From contig JAOAGR010000001.1 in the NCBI GenBank assembly GCA_026415655.1, forward strand, positions 1 through 60,616: a stretch of 60,616 bases of DNA, in the 5' to 3' direction. The position numbers and the translations under genes were made by a program. The notes below the pieces were generated by a model. That model did not search any database. It worked only from the letters and a program-made list of their open reading frames with translations, and had not been told where the DNA came from. The DNA is from Candidatus Dojkabacteria bacterium. GTDB taxonomy: Bacteria; Patescibacteriota; Dojkabacteria; JAOAGR01. Every line of letters begins with the position of its first letter. Position 1 is the stretch's first letter. This document shows, piece after piece, positions 18,796 through 28,662 of the stretch.

Positions 18796-19218
18796 TTAGA
18801 TTACCATTTTTTTAATCTCTCTTTCTAGTATTCGTTTTTGAGTGCTACGTTTTTGCTCTTGTTTTTTATCAATTTTTCTTTTAATTACGCCTAATACTAT
18901 AATTGCTTTTATTTTATTTCCTCTATTAATTATGCTTGTAACTAGACCTCTTATTCTCTTATCTTTTTTTATAGATTTGATTTTTTCTATTTCTTTTTTA
19001 TGTAATAAGAGTTTTATTGATGCCTGGTTATCTGCATTGTCGAAAACTATATTATCGATAAATACCTCGTTATTTCTTAAGTTTACTACACTTTCAGATA
19101 TCTCAAATTTATTTGAACGTATGCTTTTTACTTGCGCTCCATTTAATACTAAACCAGCTTCAAATTCTTCATGTATATCATAGTCATGCAAGACTTTTTT
19201 ATTACTCTTAATTACCAC
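18796..19218 (-). CDS. smpB: SsrA-binding protein SmpB (divergent)
   Basis: NKKVLHDYDIHEEFEAGLVLNGAQVKSIR, KLLLHKKEI. Confidence 0.88.
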   Translation of the reverse strand: MVIKSNKKVLHDYDIHEEFEAGLVLNGAQVKSIRSNKFEISESVVNLRNNEVFIDNIVFDNADNQASIKLLLHKKEIEKIKSIKKDKRIRGLVTSIINRGNKIKAIIVLGVIKRKIDKKQEQKRSTQKRILEREIKKMVI

Positions 19219-19230
19219 AGCCTTATGAAA

Positions 19231-21456
19231 TTATAATATGATCTGATATATTACATCTTTCTGACCTATATAAAGATACTTACCGTCAGCCGTTATTATT
19301 AGATCTGTTGCTTGAGAAATATCCACAGGTGAGTTATTGGTTGTCCTTATCTTTATTGATTCAACAAATTGGTATTTTTTATTTCCATTTGGGTTTAAAG
19401 TTTTTTCATAGACTACAATTCTACTATTATCTTTGTCTAATACGTAAATATAATTTGTTTTTTCATTAGTTACTATTTCTGTGGCATTTTTCCATTCGCC
19501 TAGAGGGGTATCTAGACCATTAAATTCATTTGCTGATACCAATTTCCCAGTATAAAATCTTCTTAGGGTTCCATCACTTGCCAGTTCGTATATTGATCCA
19601 TCTATTGCAAAACCAGAGGTGTTTTGTCCAAATCCAACATCAGTGTTCCACTTACTTGGTGTAGTAAACCCTTCTCCACTTCTTTGTATTCTAATAACTT
19701 CATTTTGACTTCGTCGATACAAATATACGTTTACGGTATTTCCGATTTGATATATTTTCATATCATTAGTATTTTGGCCTAATGATTTTAAGGCGGTATT
19801 TGATGTAAATTTTCGAAATATTCTTGTTGATAAATTAAGTATGGTTATTCCATTTTCTTCATCTAATACATAACATTCTGTTTGTGAGCATTCGATAAGT
19901 TTTAGTTTTTGCAAGGTCGAATCACTTGCAAAAGCTTCAATCTTGCCTGTTGTTGTATTAGTGCGAAGTATTTGGTTACTATTGGAGTCTATAGCATAGA
20001 TTGTACCGTTACTTTCAGCAATATCGATGATATTGACATTTTGATCATCAGGTAAATACACTAGATTTGGCTTTTCCAACCTTTTAATATTAAATAATGT
20101 TTCTTCGTATGAATATACTTCATTTAATTTTTCATTAATAAAGCTAGATTCTAATTTTAATTGCTCAGCTTTTTTTATCTCTTCAAAGAATTTATTTAAA
20201 TTTGAATTAAAACTAGTATAGTCAGATTGTATTTGGTTCTTTTTGAGTTCGGTAACTAGGTTCTGTATTTCTTGCTTTAATATCTCATTCGGATTTATAT
20301 TATTTGTATTACTGGCACTCTGGTTCGTATTCGTATTCGAAACGTTATATGAGGGAGCACTAACTTGTTTCGGGATTAATTGGTAAATGATAAAAATACT
20401 TAATACTGCAAGAATTATACTTAATAATATTTCGAATTTTTGTTTTCTGTTGCTCTGTACTAATCGTTTATAGGCAACGGTATCTTTTTTGTAAAACAAT
20501 GCAATCAGAAATTCCACCAAAAACTGACTGATACTAAGATAAAATTTGGTAATAGATTTGATTGTTTTTTTTACTATTTTAGAGCTTTTTTGTAGTAAGC
20601 CATTGATTTCGATTTTCTGTACGTATTGGTAAATATTATTCAGTGAATTCTGAAGATTTATTTTATTTTCTGGTTTTATATCCGGTGCTTTAGTTGATCT
20701 AGTAGTTTTGGCGTCTTCTTCAAATTCTTTGTGTGACAATATTTTCACGTTACTATCAATATTTTCTTCTTCAAATTGACTTAAATTAACAGACTCGGTT
20801 TTCATTTCTTCTTCATTGTCTGTACTTTCCAAGAATTTTTGTTCTATAGGTTCTGTGGCAAAATATTCGTCATGATGAATGATGATACAAGGAAATTTTG
20901 GGTCAATATTATCTGCAAACGAGAATGGGTCTTCTAACGGTTTTTCCAGGTACTTTGTGTCACTTATATATATAAGGTCGCCAAGTTCCAGTTTTGTGGA
21001 ACCGTAGAATTGTAGCTTTTCTTTGTCATCATTTACTAATATTGTTTGATCTCCTCTATAGATACGTACGTTCACATCACCATCGAGCCAAATTCCGATT
21101 TTCCCAAAACCTAGCGCAATAGCACATACACTATAGTCTACATCATCTAATCTTTCATTATTATTGTGCAATTCGGATGCTAAAAAATCTCCACTATCAA
21201 TGATACATTTATGCAGAGTAGATAATATCTCATCAGATTCAGAGTTAGTATATATCTCTTTGAATTTATCTAATGCTAAATTAACATAATATTCCAAGTC
21301 TGATATATATTCGCCAGATAGTTTTGCAAACACAATTATATCAAGACCATTGTGAAAGAAATTTTTATATGAATATGAAATATGAGGGTTACTATTTTGG
21401 GTGTAAGTAAAAAAATTTGTATCATGAACTATCCTGCTATCTTGTTGTGTTTTCAT
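19231..21456 (-). CDS. Membrane protein with degenerate PP2C-like N-terminal domain and C-terminal beta-propeller
   Basis: GDVNVRIYRG and KLELGDLIYI; central TM; FAIDGSIYEL and YIYVLDKDNSRIVVY propeller blades. Confidence 0.65.
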   Translation of the reverse strand: MKTQQDSRIVHDTNFFTYTQNSNPHISYSYKNFFHNGLDIIVFAKLSGEYISDLEYYVNLALDKFKEIYTNSESDEILSTLHKCIIDSGDFLASELHNNNERLDDVDYSVCAIALGFGKIGIWLDGDVNVRIYRGDQTILVNDDKEKLQFYGSTKLELGDLIYISDTKYLEKPLEDPFSFADNIDPKFPCIIIHHDEYFATEPIEQKFLESTDNEEEMKTESVNLSQFEEENIDSNVKILSHKEFEEDAKTTRSTKAPDIKPENKINLQNSLNNIYQYVQKIEINGLLQKSSKIVKKTIKSITKFYLSISQFLVEFLIALFYKKDTVAYKRLVQSNRKQKFEILLSIILAVLSIFIIYQLIPKQVSAPSYNVSNTNTNQSASNTNNINPNEILKQEIQNLVTELKKNQIQSDYTSFNSNLNKFFEEIKKAEQLKLESSFINEKLNEVYSYEETLFNIKRLEKPNLVYLPDDQNVNIIDIAESNGTIYAIDSNSNQILRTNTTTGKIEAFASDSTLQKLKLIECSQTECYVLDEENGITILNLSTRIFRKFTSNTALKSLGQNTNDMKIYQIGNTVNVYLYRRSQNEVIRIQRSGEGFTTPSKWNTDVGFGQNTSGFAIDGSIYELASDGTLRRFYTGKLVSANEFNGLDTPLGEWKNATEIVTNEKTNYIYVLDKDNSRIVVYEKTLNPNGNKKYQFVESIKIRTTNNSPVDISQATDLIITADGKYLYIGQKDVIYQIIL

Positions 21457-21469
21457 ATTTATTAATAGA

Positions 21470-21703
21470 TTACAACAATAGAATTATAATTACAAATAAT
21501 AATATTAGATGTAAAAATACATATATAACACTAGCTATTTTCAAATATTCATCAGCTGATGTTTTCACTTTTTGTCTCAAAATTTGTAATTGTCTTAGTT
21601 GTAGTGCAATATATACAGCCACCCATATATAGAGAACAATAACTAATATAGTTAGAATTTGATCGAGAATAATGCTTGTATCTATTGTTGGATTAATAAA
21701 CAT
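21470..21703 (-). CDS. Small two-TM membrane protein
   Basis: 77 aa, two hydrophobic helices, operonic spacing. Confidence 0.65.
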   Translation of the reverse strand: MFINPTIDTSIILDQILTILVIVLYIWVAVYIALQLRQLQILRQKVKTSADEYLKIASVIYVFLHLILLFVIIILLL

Positions 21704-21705
21704 AC

Positions 21706-22386
21706 TTAATTTTTAGATATTTTTTCTTTTACTGCTAAAATCACGTCTTGGATGAAGTCACGAATTTTATGAGCTTGATAAACATTTGGAAGACTAAATG
21801 TCGTTTTTCCTGATGCTGTCAGAACTTCTACATCACCAAGTCCAAATATAGTCTGGAAAACACCGGTCTGACGGTTTTTGACGTCTTGTATATCTTGCAA
21901 TGCTGTAGTTTCTACGCCAACATTAAATATTGTTTGATAATCAAGATCAACGAATCTCTTGTTAGTGACTATATTAATATTATAAAACCACTTAAAAAAT
22001 ATATTAAAGTAACTTATTAACCCATAAGATAACATAAAAACAATAAAGACTAGCCACCATTTGCTCGCTGTTAATACTTCTGTCTTAATAATTATGTTGA
22101 TATTTTGTCCGACGATATTTAGCCCTTTTATTGCTAATAGTATCAAAAATGGTGCCAATGGTACTATAAGATTAATTAATAGATCTATAATGAGTATAAT
22201 TTTTGCCTGTCTGACAAAAAGTAACATGTATTCATCGGGATCTTGATCAACAAAACGGACACATCCTGGAAATGTTGCTACACTAGTAAATGGGCTTACG
22301 TTTTGTTTTAGCTTTGGCGGTTGTGATAAATCGATTAGATTATATTTGGTAGATTCTACGTTTTGATGATTTTGCTGGTTATTCAT
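21706..22386 (-). CDS. Membrane protein with bacterial PH domain
   Basis: IVTNKRFVD, IQDV, QTIFGLGDVEVLTAS. Confidence 0.8.
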   Translation of the reverse strand: MNNQQNHQNVESTKYNLIDLSQPPKLKQNVSPFTSVATFPGCVRFVDQDPDEYMLLFVRQAKIILIIDLLINLIVPLAPFLILLAIKGLNIVGQNINIIIKTEVLTASKWWLVFIVFMLSYGLISYFNIFFKWFYNINIVTNKRFVDLDYQTIFNVGVETTALQDIQDVKNRQTGVFQTIFGLGDVEVLTASGKTTFSLPNVYQAHKIRDFIQDVILAVKEKISKN

Positions 22387-22433
22387 TAATGTATAATTAT
22401 AATATTTATTTTTTATATAAAAAAGTGCATAAA

Positions 22434-24137
22434 TTACTCTACTTTACGAATTTCAAATTCGGTACTGTATATATAGTCTCCATCTGGTACTATAATGTTG
22501 TATATTGCACGAAAGTCCCAACCTGTTAATGTTTTCTTAATTCCGTTTTCACCATACAAATGTATGCGACTTACTCTATTGGACACATCTTTTATTATTT
22601 CTATTTTAACTATTTTGCCGACATTTGTGCGGCTGTCTCTTTTTAATATTTCGGATAATTCATCGTAAGAAAACGAATTAGTGCGCCATATCCAATTATA
22701 TGGATAAATAATGTCTGGTTTACACAATGGATCTTCACTGTTTGTACATTTATTTTTATAAGGATTTGTAGTGTAATAGGTTTTGGTTGCCCATTGGTCA
22801 TCGTTAACTGGTTGAATATATGGTTTATCAGTACTTCCCCATGCAGAGTTGATTGTAGTACTATGTCCTCTATGACTTGCAGAATAATATGCTACAATGG
22901 GTTGACCTTGATAGGTCATTACTTTTCCTTTTGTTTCTTCTACAAATTTTCTTTTACCTTGACCTCCTATATATACTTGACAGGCTGCTGATCCGCATAT
23001 CTCACATACTTTTTTGTTGCCACACGTTCCCATAAGATAAGTCCGTGCAGCTACAACCTGGGCTTTTACTGCTTCTGCAGGCCAAGTATTTGGTACTTCA
23101 CCAATTCCAGATAGATAATCATCAACACTAAGTTCGATACGTGTTGATATTCTTCCTGTACTATCAGTTGTGACAATTACTTTTTCTGGCTCATCATAAT
23201 CCGTAATTTCGATACCTGTGTAATAGTGCTTAAGTATCTGTTCATAATTAAACCCTGCAATTGCCATTCCATGAGCTCCCCACTGTGACATGCCAAGTCC
23301 GTGTCCTTCAACAAGATCTCTTCCGCGTCCCGTGAAATAATATTCACCTGGTTCTAATGGATATACCATTGCTCTTTGTCCACTATTCATACGTCTTTTT
23401 TCTTCTTCAAGTAACCTTTTTTGTTCGGCAGTAAGAAAATTTAATTGAGACATTACAGACGCTAGGTTTGATGAAAGAGTATTTATTTGTTGTTGTGAGG
23501 AATTAATTACTGAGTTGTTGTATGCAATTTGCTTATTTATTTTTTGTATTTCATCAGATAATTCTTCTAAATATTTTTTATTCGTTTCACGGTCAGAAAT
23601 TAGGCTTGCTTTTGTTTCATTTGTTTTTTGTATTTCTCTATAATATTTTTCAATCTCTTCTTTTAAAATTTTACTTTTAGCATTTGCGCTTAATAAGTCA
23701 TTGATATATTCTAATATTTCTTTATCTTGAGATATTATTTGATTGTCAGAATAGAACGAGAGCTTAAAAAGATAATTCATTTGAAGATTAATCTCGTCTT
23801 GTCTTTCTTTTAATTTTTGTTCATAGAGATTTAGAAGTTCTTCGGTTTCATTGATTTTTTGGTTTAGATTTTGAATTGCTTCTTTAATTTCACTTTCTTT
23901 TTGTTGTAATTCCGAAAGTTTTAAGTATAAATTCTTATTGGATGAACTGATGATGTTTATTTGATTTTTTAATTGATTAATTCTTTTTTCTAATTCCTGT
24001 TTTTCCTTATTTTTCTGTGCTATTTCTTGTCTAATTTTATTTAAATCTGAAGCAAAAACGGTAAAAGTAGAAACACTTAAAAAGTTATAAAATAGTATAG
24101 AAGTTATCACAAAAACAAAAATGACTTTTTTAATCAT
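22434..24137 (-). CDS. Secreted coiled-coil SpoIID/LytB-domain lytic transglycosylase
   Basis: GHGLGMSQWGA, YEQILKHYYTG, EVPNTWPAEAVKAQVVAARTY, CQVY, AYYSAS. Confidence 0.88.
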   Translation of the reverse strand: MIKKVIFVFVITSILFYNFLSVSTFTVFASDLNKIRQEIAQKNKEKQELEKRINQLKNQINIISSSNKNLYLKLSELQQKESEIKEAIQNLNQKINETEELLNLYEQKLKERQDEINLQMNYLFKLSFYSDNQIISQDKEILEYINDLLSANAKSKILKEEIEKYYREIQKTNETKASLISDRETNKKYLEELSDEIQKINKQIAYNNSVINSSQQQINTLSSNLASVMSQLNFLTAEQKRLLEEEKRRMNSGQRAMVYPLEPGEYYFTGRGRDLVEGHGLGMSQWGAHGMAIAGFNYEQILKHYYTGIEITDYDEPEKVIVTTDSTGRISTRIELSVDDYLSGIGEVPNTWPAEAVKAQVVAARTYLMGTCGNKKVCEICGSAACQVYIGGQGKRKFVEETKGKVMTYQGQPIVAYYSASHRGHSTTINSAWGSTDKPYIQPVNDDQWATKTYYTTNPYKNKCTNSEDPLCKPDIIYPYNWIWRTNSFSYDELSEILKRDSRTNVGKIVKIEIIKDVSNRVSRIHLYGENGIKKTLTGWDFRAIYNIIVPDGDYIYSTEFEIRKVE

Positions 24138-25573
24138 AATATAACTATAAAATGCAAGTTTTTGTTATTTTCGATTGATTTATACAATTCAACAAGAAAA
24201 TTTTCAACATTTTCATCATGGTCTTGTAAAAATATAAAATGTTCTTTATCTTTTTGATAGTATCTTTCTAAGAAAATCTGTACGAATGCAATGATTCTTT
24301 CCTTGTAACTTAGTGATACAAATTCGTTCGATATGTTATTATATGCTGCTTGTTTTTTTAATAGTGATTGAATTGTGGAATTAATTTTATTTAGCGTATT
24401 TATATTTTTTAATGACTCCTTGTTTGTGTTGATCATTTTGTTTAAAATATCTCGTATCTCGGACAATATTCTATCTATCTCATTCTTTAATTCATAATCG
24501 TTATTAAATGTGCGATTAATGTAGTTAACTGCAGATTCTAAAAATGTTTTCTTTTGTTTGAATCTCAGTAGTTTCTCTGGCAATGCTGGATCTAATTGTT
24601 TTATTTTATATTCAAGATTAATTAATTCTTTCTGTAGTTCTTGAAGTTTTTTCTCTTTGTCTGATAAATTCAAAGTGCTTATCAAATTGGTTCTTTCATT
24701 TATTAGTTCTCTGATATTCTTTTCGACACTGGCAATAAAGGCTTTATCAATGAAAAATTTTTCTAGGTCTGTATACCCTGCTATCCTAAGTAGAGATATT
24801 TTATATAGTTTTAAACGTTCTATTTCTTGGTTATTGCGTTTTTGTATGGTGTTAGAGATTTCTTTTTCGACTGTTTTGAATGAGTTGATGAAAACTATCA
24901 ACGCTATTGTTATACCCGTTCCAAGTACAATTGCTTGTATCAAAAATTCTATATTTAATATAAACAATATTACATTAACGAAAAGTGTTAGAAATAGAGT
25001 AAAAATACCTATGGTGAAAATGCCAAAATCTATTTTTCTTGTTTTTTGTTTAGCAACTTTGATTAAGGATTGTGTCAATTCGATTTCTTCCTGTTCTAAA
25101 GATTTTATCTTTTTTTCAACCTCTATGATATCGTTTGCCAGTTTATTTAGATCTAAATTGATTATATTACCAAATTTACTTAGTTCTAATTTTTTTGTCT
25201 GGATTTGGGCGTCGATTTTATGAATTTCCGTAAATTCTTTTTGTATTGTATTAACCTCATTTTTCGTGTCATCATATTTTTGAATTAAACTATAAGATTC
25301 ATTTAGTTCGTTTATTTTCGTCTCAAGAAAGCTTTTTTCTATTTCTATTTGTGCTTGATTCGGCAATATTTTAAGATATTTTTGTATTAAAACGTGATAT
25401 TCTACATCTGTTAAATACGCTGTCAGCTGTGTTTCTTCATCAGTAAAATGTTGCTCTTGTGTGAATATATTGAGAGTATATGGTATAAAAAGATAAGTAT
25501 CTAACGTTGCAAAGTCTATACCATCCAAAATATAATATCCATTATTCAGAATTTTGCGACATTTTAATATCAT
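24134..25573 (-). CDS. Coiled-coil protein with central two-TM hairpin
   Basis: 479-aa ORF, heptad-rich, two hydrophobic helices; stop overlaps the next start codon. Confidence 0.7.
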   Translation of the reverse strand: MILKCRKILNNGYYILDGIDFATLDTYLFIPYTLNIFTQEQHFTDEETQLTAYLTDVEYHVLIQKYLKILPNQAQIEIEKSFLETKINELNESYSLIQKYDDTKNEVNTIQKEFTEIHKIDAQIQTKKLELSKFGNIINLDLNKLANDIIEVEKKIKSLEQEEIELTQSLIKVAKQKTRKIDFGIFTIGIFTLFLTLFVNVILFILNIEFLIQAIVLGTGITIALIVFINSFKTVEKEISNTIQKRNNQEIERLKLYKISLLRIAGYTDLEKFFIDKAFIASVEKNIRELINERTNLISTLNLSDKEKKLQELQKELINLEYKIKQLDPALPEKLLRFKQKKTFLESAVNYINRTFNNDYELKNEIDRILSEIRDILNKMINTNKESLKNINTLNKINSTIQSLLKKQAAYNNISNEFVSLSYKERIIAFVQIFLERYYQKDKEHFIFLQDHDENVENFLVELYKSIENNKNLHFIVIL

Positions 25574-25970
25574 TGATAGCTATTTTTAATATCATTATTA
25601 CAAAATTCAATCAAGACTAACAGGTATTGATATACAATTATTGTATTTGGTAATTTTGTATTAAACTCTATATTAATGAAAAGTGAATTTAAAGAGAATC
25701 ATTTTTTATACTTTTTGTAGATTAGAATATATAAATGAAATTTAAAAAAGGTATCCTTTAAAATTTTTATTAGATGTTTGGAAATTGAAGAGTAATTTTA
25801 TTATTAATTTGCTTCGGGAGTGATGGAATTACGTTAATTTTTTTATGATTTAGTTAGATTATTATCATGACTGGCTCTGTTTATATATAAAAATTCGATT
25901 ATTTATTAAACATTCTGGTTATCATATTTTGACAATCTAACCTTTATTGTTTGTGTCGGATCATAGTTAA

Positions 25971-25999
25971 TTGACAAAAATATTCTGAGTTTTTATATT
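25971..25999 (+). promoter_or_regulatory. Sigma70-type promoter TTGACA-17 bp-TATATT
   Basis: Consensus -35 at 25971-25976 and -10 at 25994-25999, upstream of ATG 26022. Confidence 0.65.
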
Positions 26000-26021
26000 G
26001 ATATTATTAATAGATATATAC

Positions 26022-27728
26022 ATGTTTGGGAGCAATAGAACAGTAATAATTTTTGACTTTTCTTCAGATAACATCTATGCCGTATTAGTAAGTCTTGTCA
26101 AGTCAGGGGCTCGATATAAAGCAGATATTCTGCGTATAGATAATGTTGATATTTCTCGTAGTGAAATTATTGAGGGCGGAATAATTTATGATTATGAAAC
26201 GGTCAAGAGTTACGTTAGAACGCTGATTACTAACATAGCACGCGATCAGAAAAAAATAGATACAGCATGGATAGTTGTTCCATCAAATAAAGCAGAAATA
26301 GTGAAATTCGATGTACTTAAGGAAAGTTTTGAATTACAAGACTCACAGTTTGCGGCAGTAGTTGAGGATGCATTTAGAACTCCAATGCAAAATTTACATG
26401 TGGAATATAAACCTATACATGAATTGAATAATAGAGTTTATTCACTTGCATATGGAATAAAACATGAGCATCTGTCGCCGTATTTGCAAATATTTTCGGA
26501 GCTTAATTTAAACGTAGAAGTTGCATATCCCAGATTCGATGCTTTGTATGAAGAGAAACGTGATTATTTTGATATACCAACACTATTTTTATATCCATAT
26601 AAACGAGGTTTTAAATTTTTAGTTGCGGATGTTGATGGAGTGCACATGCATGCTATAGGGGAACATAACATAGTTGATTTTAATGAGCATTTTGATAAGG
26701 CTTTAATAGAAGTTATTTCATATGCGAAGCGTGACAAAAATGTAGCTGTTCCTATCAAAAAGATTCTGGTTTTAGAGTCGCATGATTATGATGCTGAAAT
26801 GGTAGAGTTATATCTTCGAAAAATTGGTATTAGTTATGGTTGGATAAAGCTTGAGGATTCTTATGGATATGATCAACTCACTATTTTATCAATAAAAGGG
26901 GCAATAAAAAAAGCCCTGAAAAATGAAACTGGTCTAATTAGCAGTGAAAATAATCAGAGGTCAAGAGACACCACAAAGTTGCAGTCTAGCTTTAGTTATT
27001 TGTCTTCAAGAAAGCCTTCTGAAGAAACCAATTTTAGAAATTCTTATTCAGATTATGAGCTAACGCAAAGCAGGCCAGTGGTAAAACAATCCTTGGGTCA
27101 TGAAAGTCTTTATAAACCTAGACAAAAATACATGACACAAGAAAATGCTCTTACGAGGTATATTGATATAGAAGATGAAAAAGGTAGTCTTTTGAATTGG
27201 AAAACTGTTTTTGTAACGACTATAGTTGTTTTTATCATTTTAGCCTTGGTTTATCTGGTAGGAATAAATTTCCTTAGGAATAGCTCAAATAATCAGATAA
27301 ATACATCCCAAAATCAGAATATGACTGACATAGACATTACATCTAGTCCAACAAATGTACCAACTCCTACATTGGACGATGATTTCTTCTTTGTACCAAC
27401 AGAAACTATTCAAACTCCATCACCAACACCAACTTCAATACCATTTGGCAAATCTGATGTAAAAGTAAAAGTTCATAATGGTACAACAAAGGCATTTGAG
27501 GCGGCTAGGATTAGTACAATTTTGAAGAATAATGGATTCAATACGCTTGAGCCAGCAAATCACACGTCAAATAATGTTGCTAATACTATAATCTATTATC
27601 GTGATCAACGTAGTGAGGCCTTAGCAAAAGAAATAGTTACACTTATTGAATCATCTTATCCTACAGCTTCTATAAAATATGATGAAACCATATCTTTTGA
27701 TATACTAGTTGTATTAGGGGCTAATTAA
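26022..27728 (+). CDS. Membrane protein: PilM/FtsA-like N-terminal region, TM, P/T linker, LytR_C-like C-terminal domain
   Basis: IIFDFSSDNIYAV and IIEGGIIYD; VKVHNGTTKAFEAA, TIIYY, DILVVLG. ATG 26022 preferred because TTG 25998 overlaps the -10 box. Confidence 0.7.
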   Translation: MFGSNRTVIIFDFSSDNIYAVLVSLVKSGARYKADILRIDNVDISRSEIIEGGIIYDYETVKSYVRTLITNIARDQKKIDTAWIVVPSNKAEIVKFDVLKESFELQDSQFAAVVEDAFRTPMQNLHVEYKPIHELNNRVYSLAYGIKHEHLSPYLQIFSELNLNVEVAYPRFDALYEEKRDYFDIPTLFLYPYKRGFKFLVADVDGVHMHAIGEHNIVDFNEHFDKALIEVISYAKRDKNVAVPIKKILVLESHDYDAEMVELYLRKIGISYGWIKLEDSYGYDQLTILSIKGAIKKALKNETGLISSENNQRSRDTTKLQSSFSYLSSRKPSEETNFRNSYSDYELTQSRPVVKQSLGHESLYKPRQKYMTQENALTRYIDIEDEKGSLLNWKTVFVTTIVVFIILALVYLVGINFLRNSSNNQINTSQNQNMTDIDITSSPTNVPTPTLDDDFFFVPTETIQTPSPTPTSIPFGKSDVKVKVHNGTTKAFEAARISTILKNNGFNTLEPANHTSNNVANTIIYYRDQRSEALAKEIVTLIESSYPTASIKYDETISFDILVVLGAN

Positions 27729-27735
27729 GTTTAAT

Positions 27736-28659
27736 ATGCCTGTAAATAGTCAAAATAGTAATACTAGAGTTGTGTATCCAGGACAAAATAATGCACCTAA
27801 TCCTATGGTTAATAATCGTAGCTTACCAAATGTTTTATCTAATCAGTCCTCTAGGCAAAATAATGTAATACAGAATATACCTCCTAATCAACAAAATTCT
27901 GCACAAAATCCGCCTTTACAAAATCCACAAAGACAGAATCTTAACGTAAATCAGAATCGTTTTCAGGCAAACAATAACCAAGTATTGCCTCAGAATAAAA
28001 ATATCTCATTTGATCAGAAATTTGTAAACCAATCTGGTCCACAAAACACTAATGTTAATATTCAACAAACAAATCAAAATAGACAGAATATTCAGTCGCA
28101 GCAATCTATACCAAGATCAAATATCATTCAACAAGGGAATTTAGATCCTATTAATCCTAAATCTAATAACTCACAGATTCAAACTTCCAGATCAGAGTTT
28201 GAAAATATAAATCAGGCTTTGAATGTAGATTTAAATTTAGATGAAATAGCAAAAATCAACGAGGCAAGACAAATTATAGAAGAGGAAGAAAGTAAAACTG
28301 GCAGTTCAGAATTACAATTAAAATCATCGTCTAGGGATACCTATAAAGTTTTAAATCTGTGCTTGTATGTGGTTCCATTAGTAGCGTATGTTGTCCTAAT
28401 CTCTCGCTCTATTAAAGACGAGGATGTGATGTGGCACGCAAAGCAAAGTGGAATTGCTCAACTATTTTGGTATGGTATTTTGATAGGCCTTTCTGTATTA
28501 AATTTACCACGACTTGGATTTATTGAATTCGTACCGTTTTGGAATTTGATCGCATATTCAGCCTTAGTGGTTGCCGGATGGAATGCATATAATGGCATCA
28601 GATGGCCAATACCTTTGGTGTTTGAAATTTTTGGCTGGATTTATAATAGGGAAGAATAA
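27736..28659 (+). CDS. Q/N-rich protein with C-terminal DUF4870-like membrane domain
   Basis: LCLYVVPL..DEDVMWHAKQS..AYNGIRWPIPLV. Confidence 0.65.
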   Translation: MPVNSQNSNTRVVYPGQNNAPNPMVNNRSLPNVLSNQSSRQNNVIQNIPPNQQNSAQNPPLQNPQRQNLNVNQNRFQANNNQVLPQNKNISFDQKFVNQSGPQNTNVNIQQTNQNRQNIQSQQSIPRSNIIQQGNLDPINPKSNNSQIQTSRSEFENINQALNVDLNLDEIAKINEARQIIEEEESKTGSSELQLKSSSRDTYKVLNLCLYVVPLVAYVVLISRSIKDEDVMWHAKQSGIAQLFWYGILIGLSVLNLPRLGFIEFVPFWNLIAYSALVVAGWNAYNGIRWPIPLVFEIFGWIYNREE

Positions 28660-28662
28660 TAT

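Noticed and set aside
25561-25596. Repeat TTTTAATATCATT x2 at the start of 24134..25573
   Set aside because: Short and almost entirely A/T; plausible by chance at this composition
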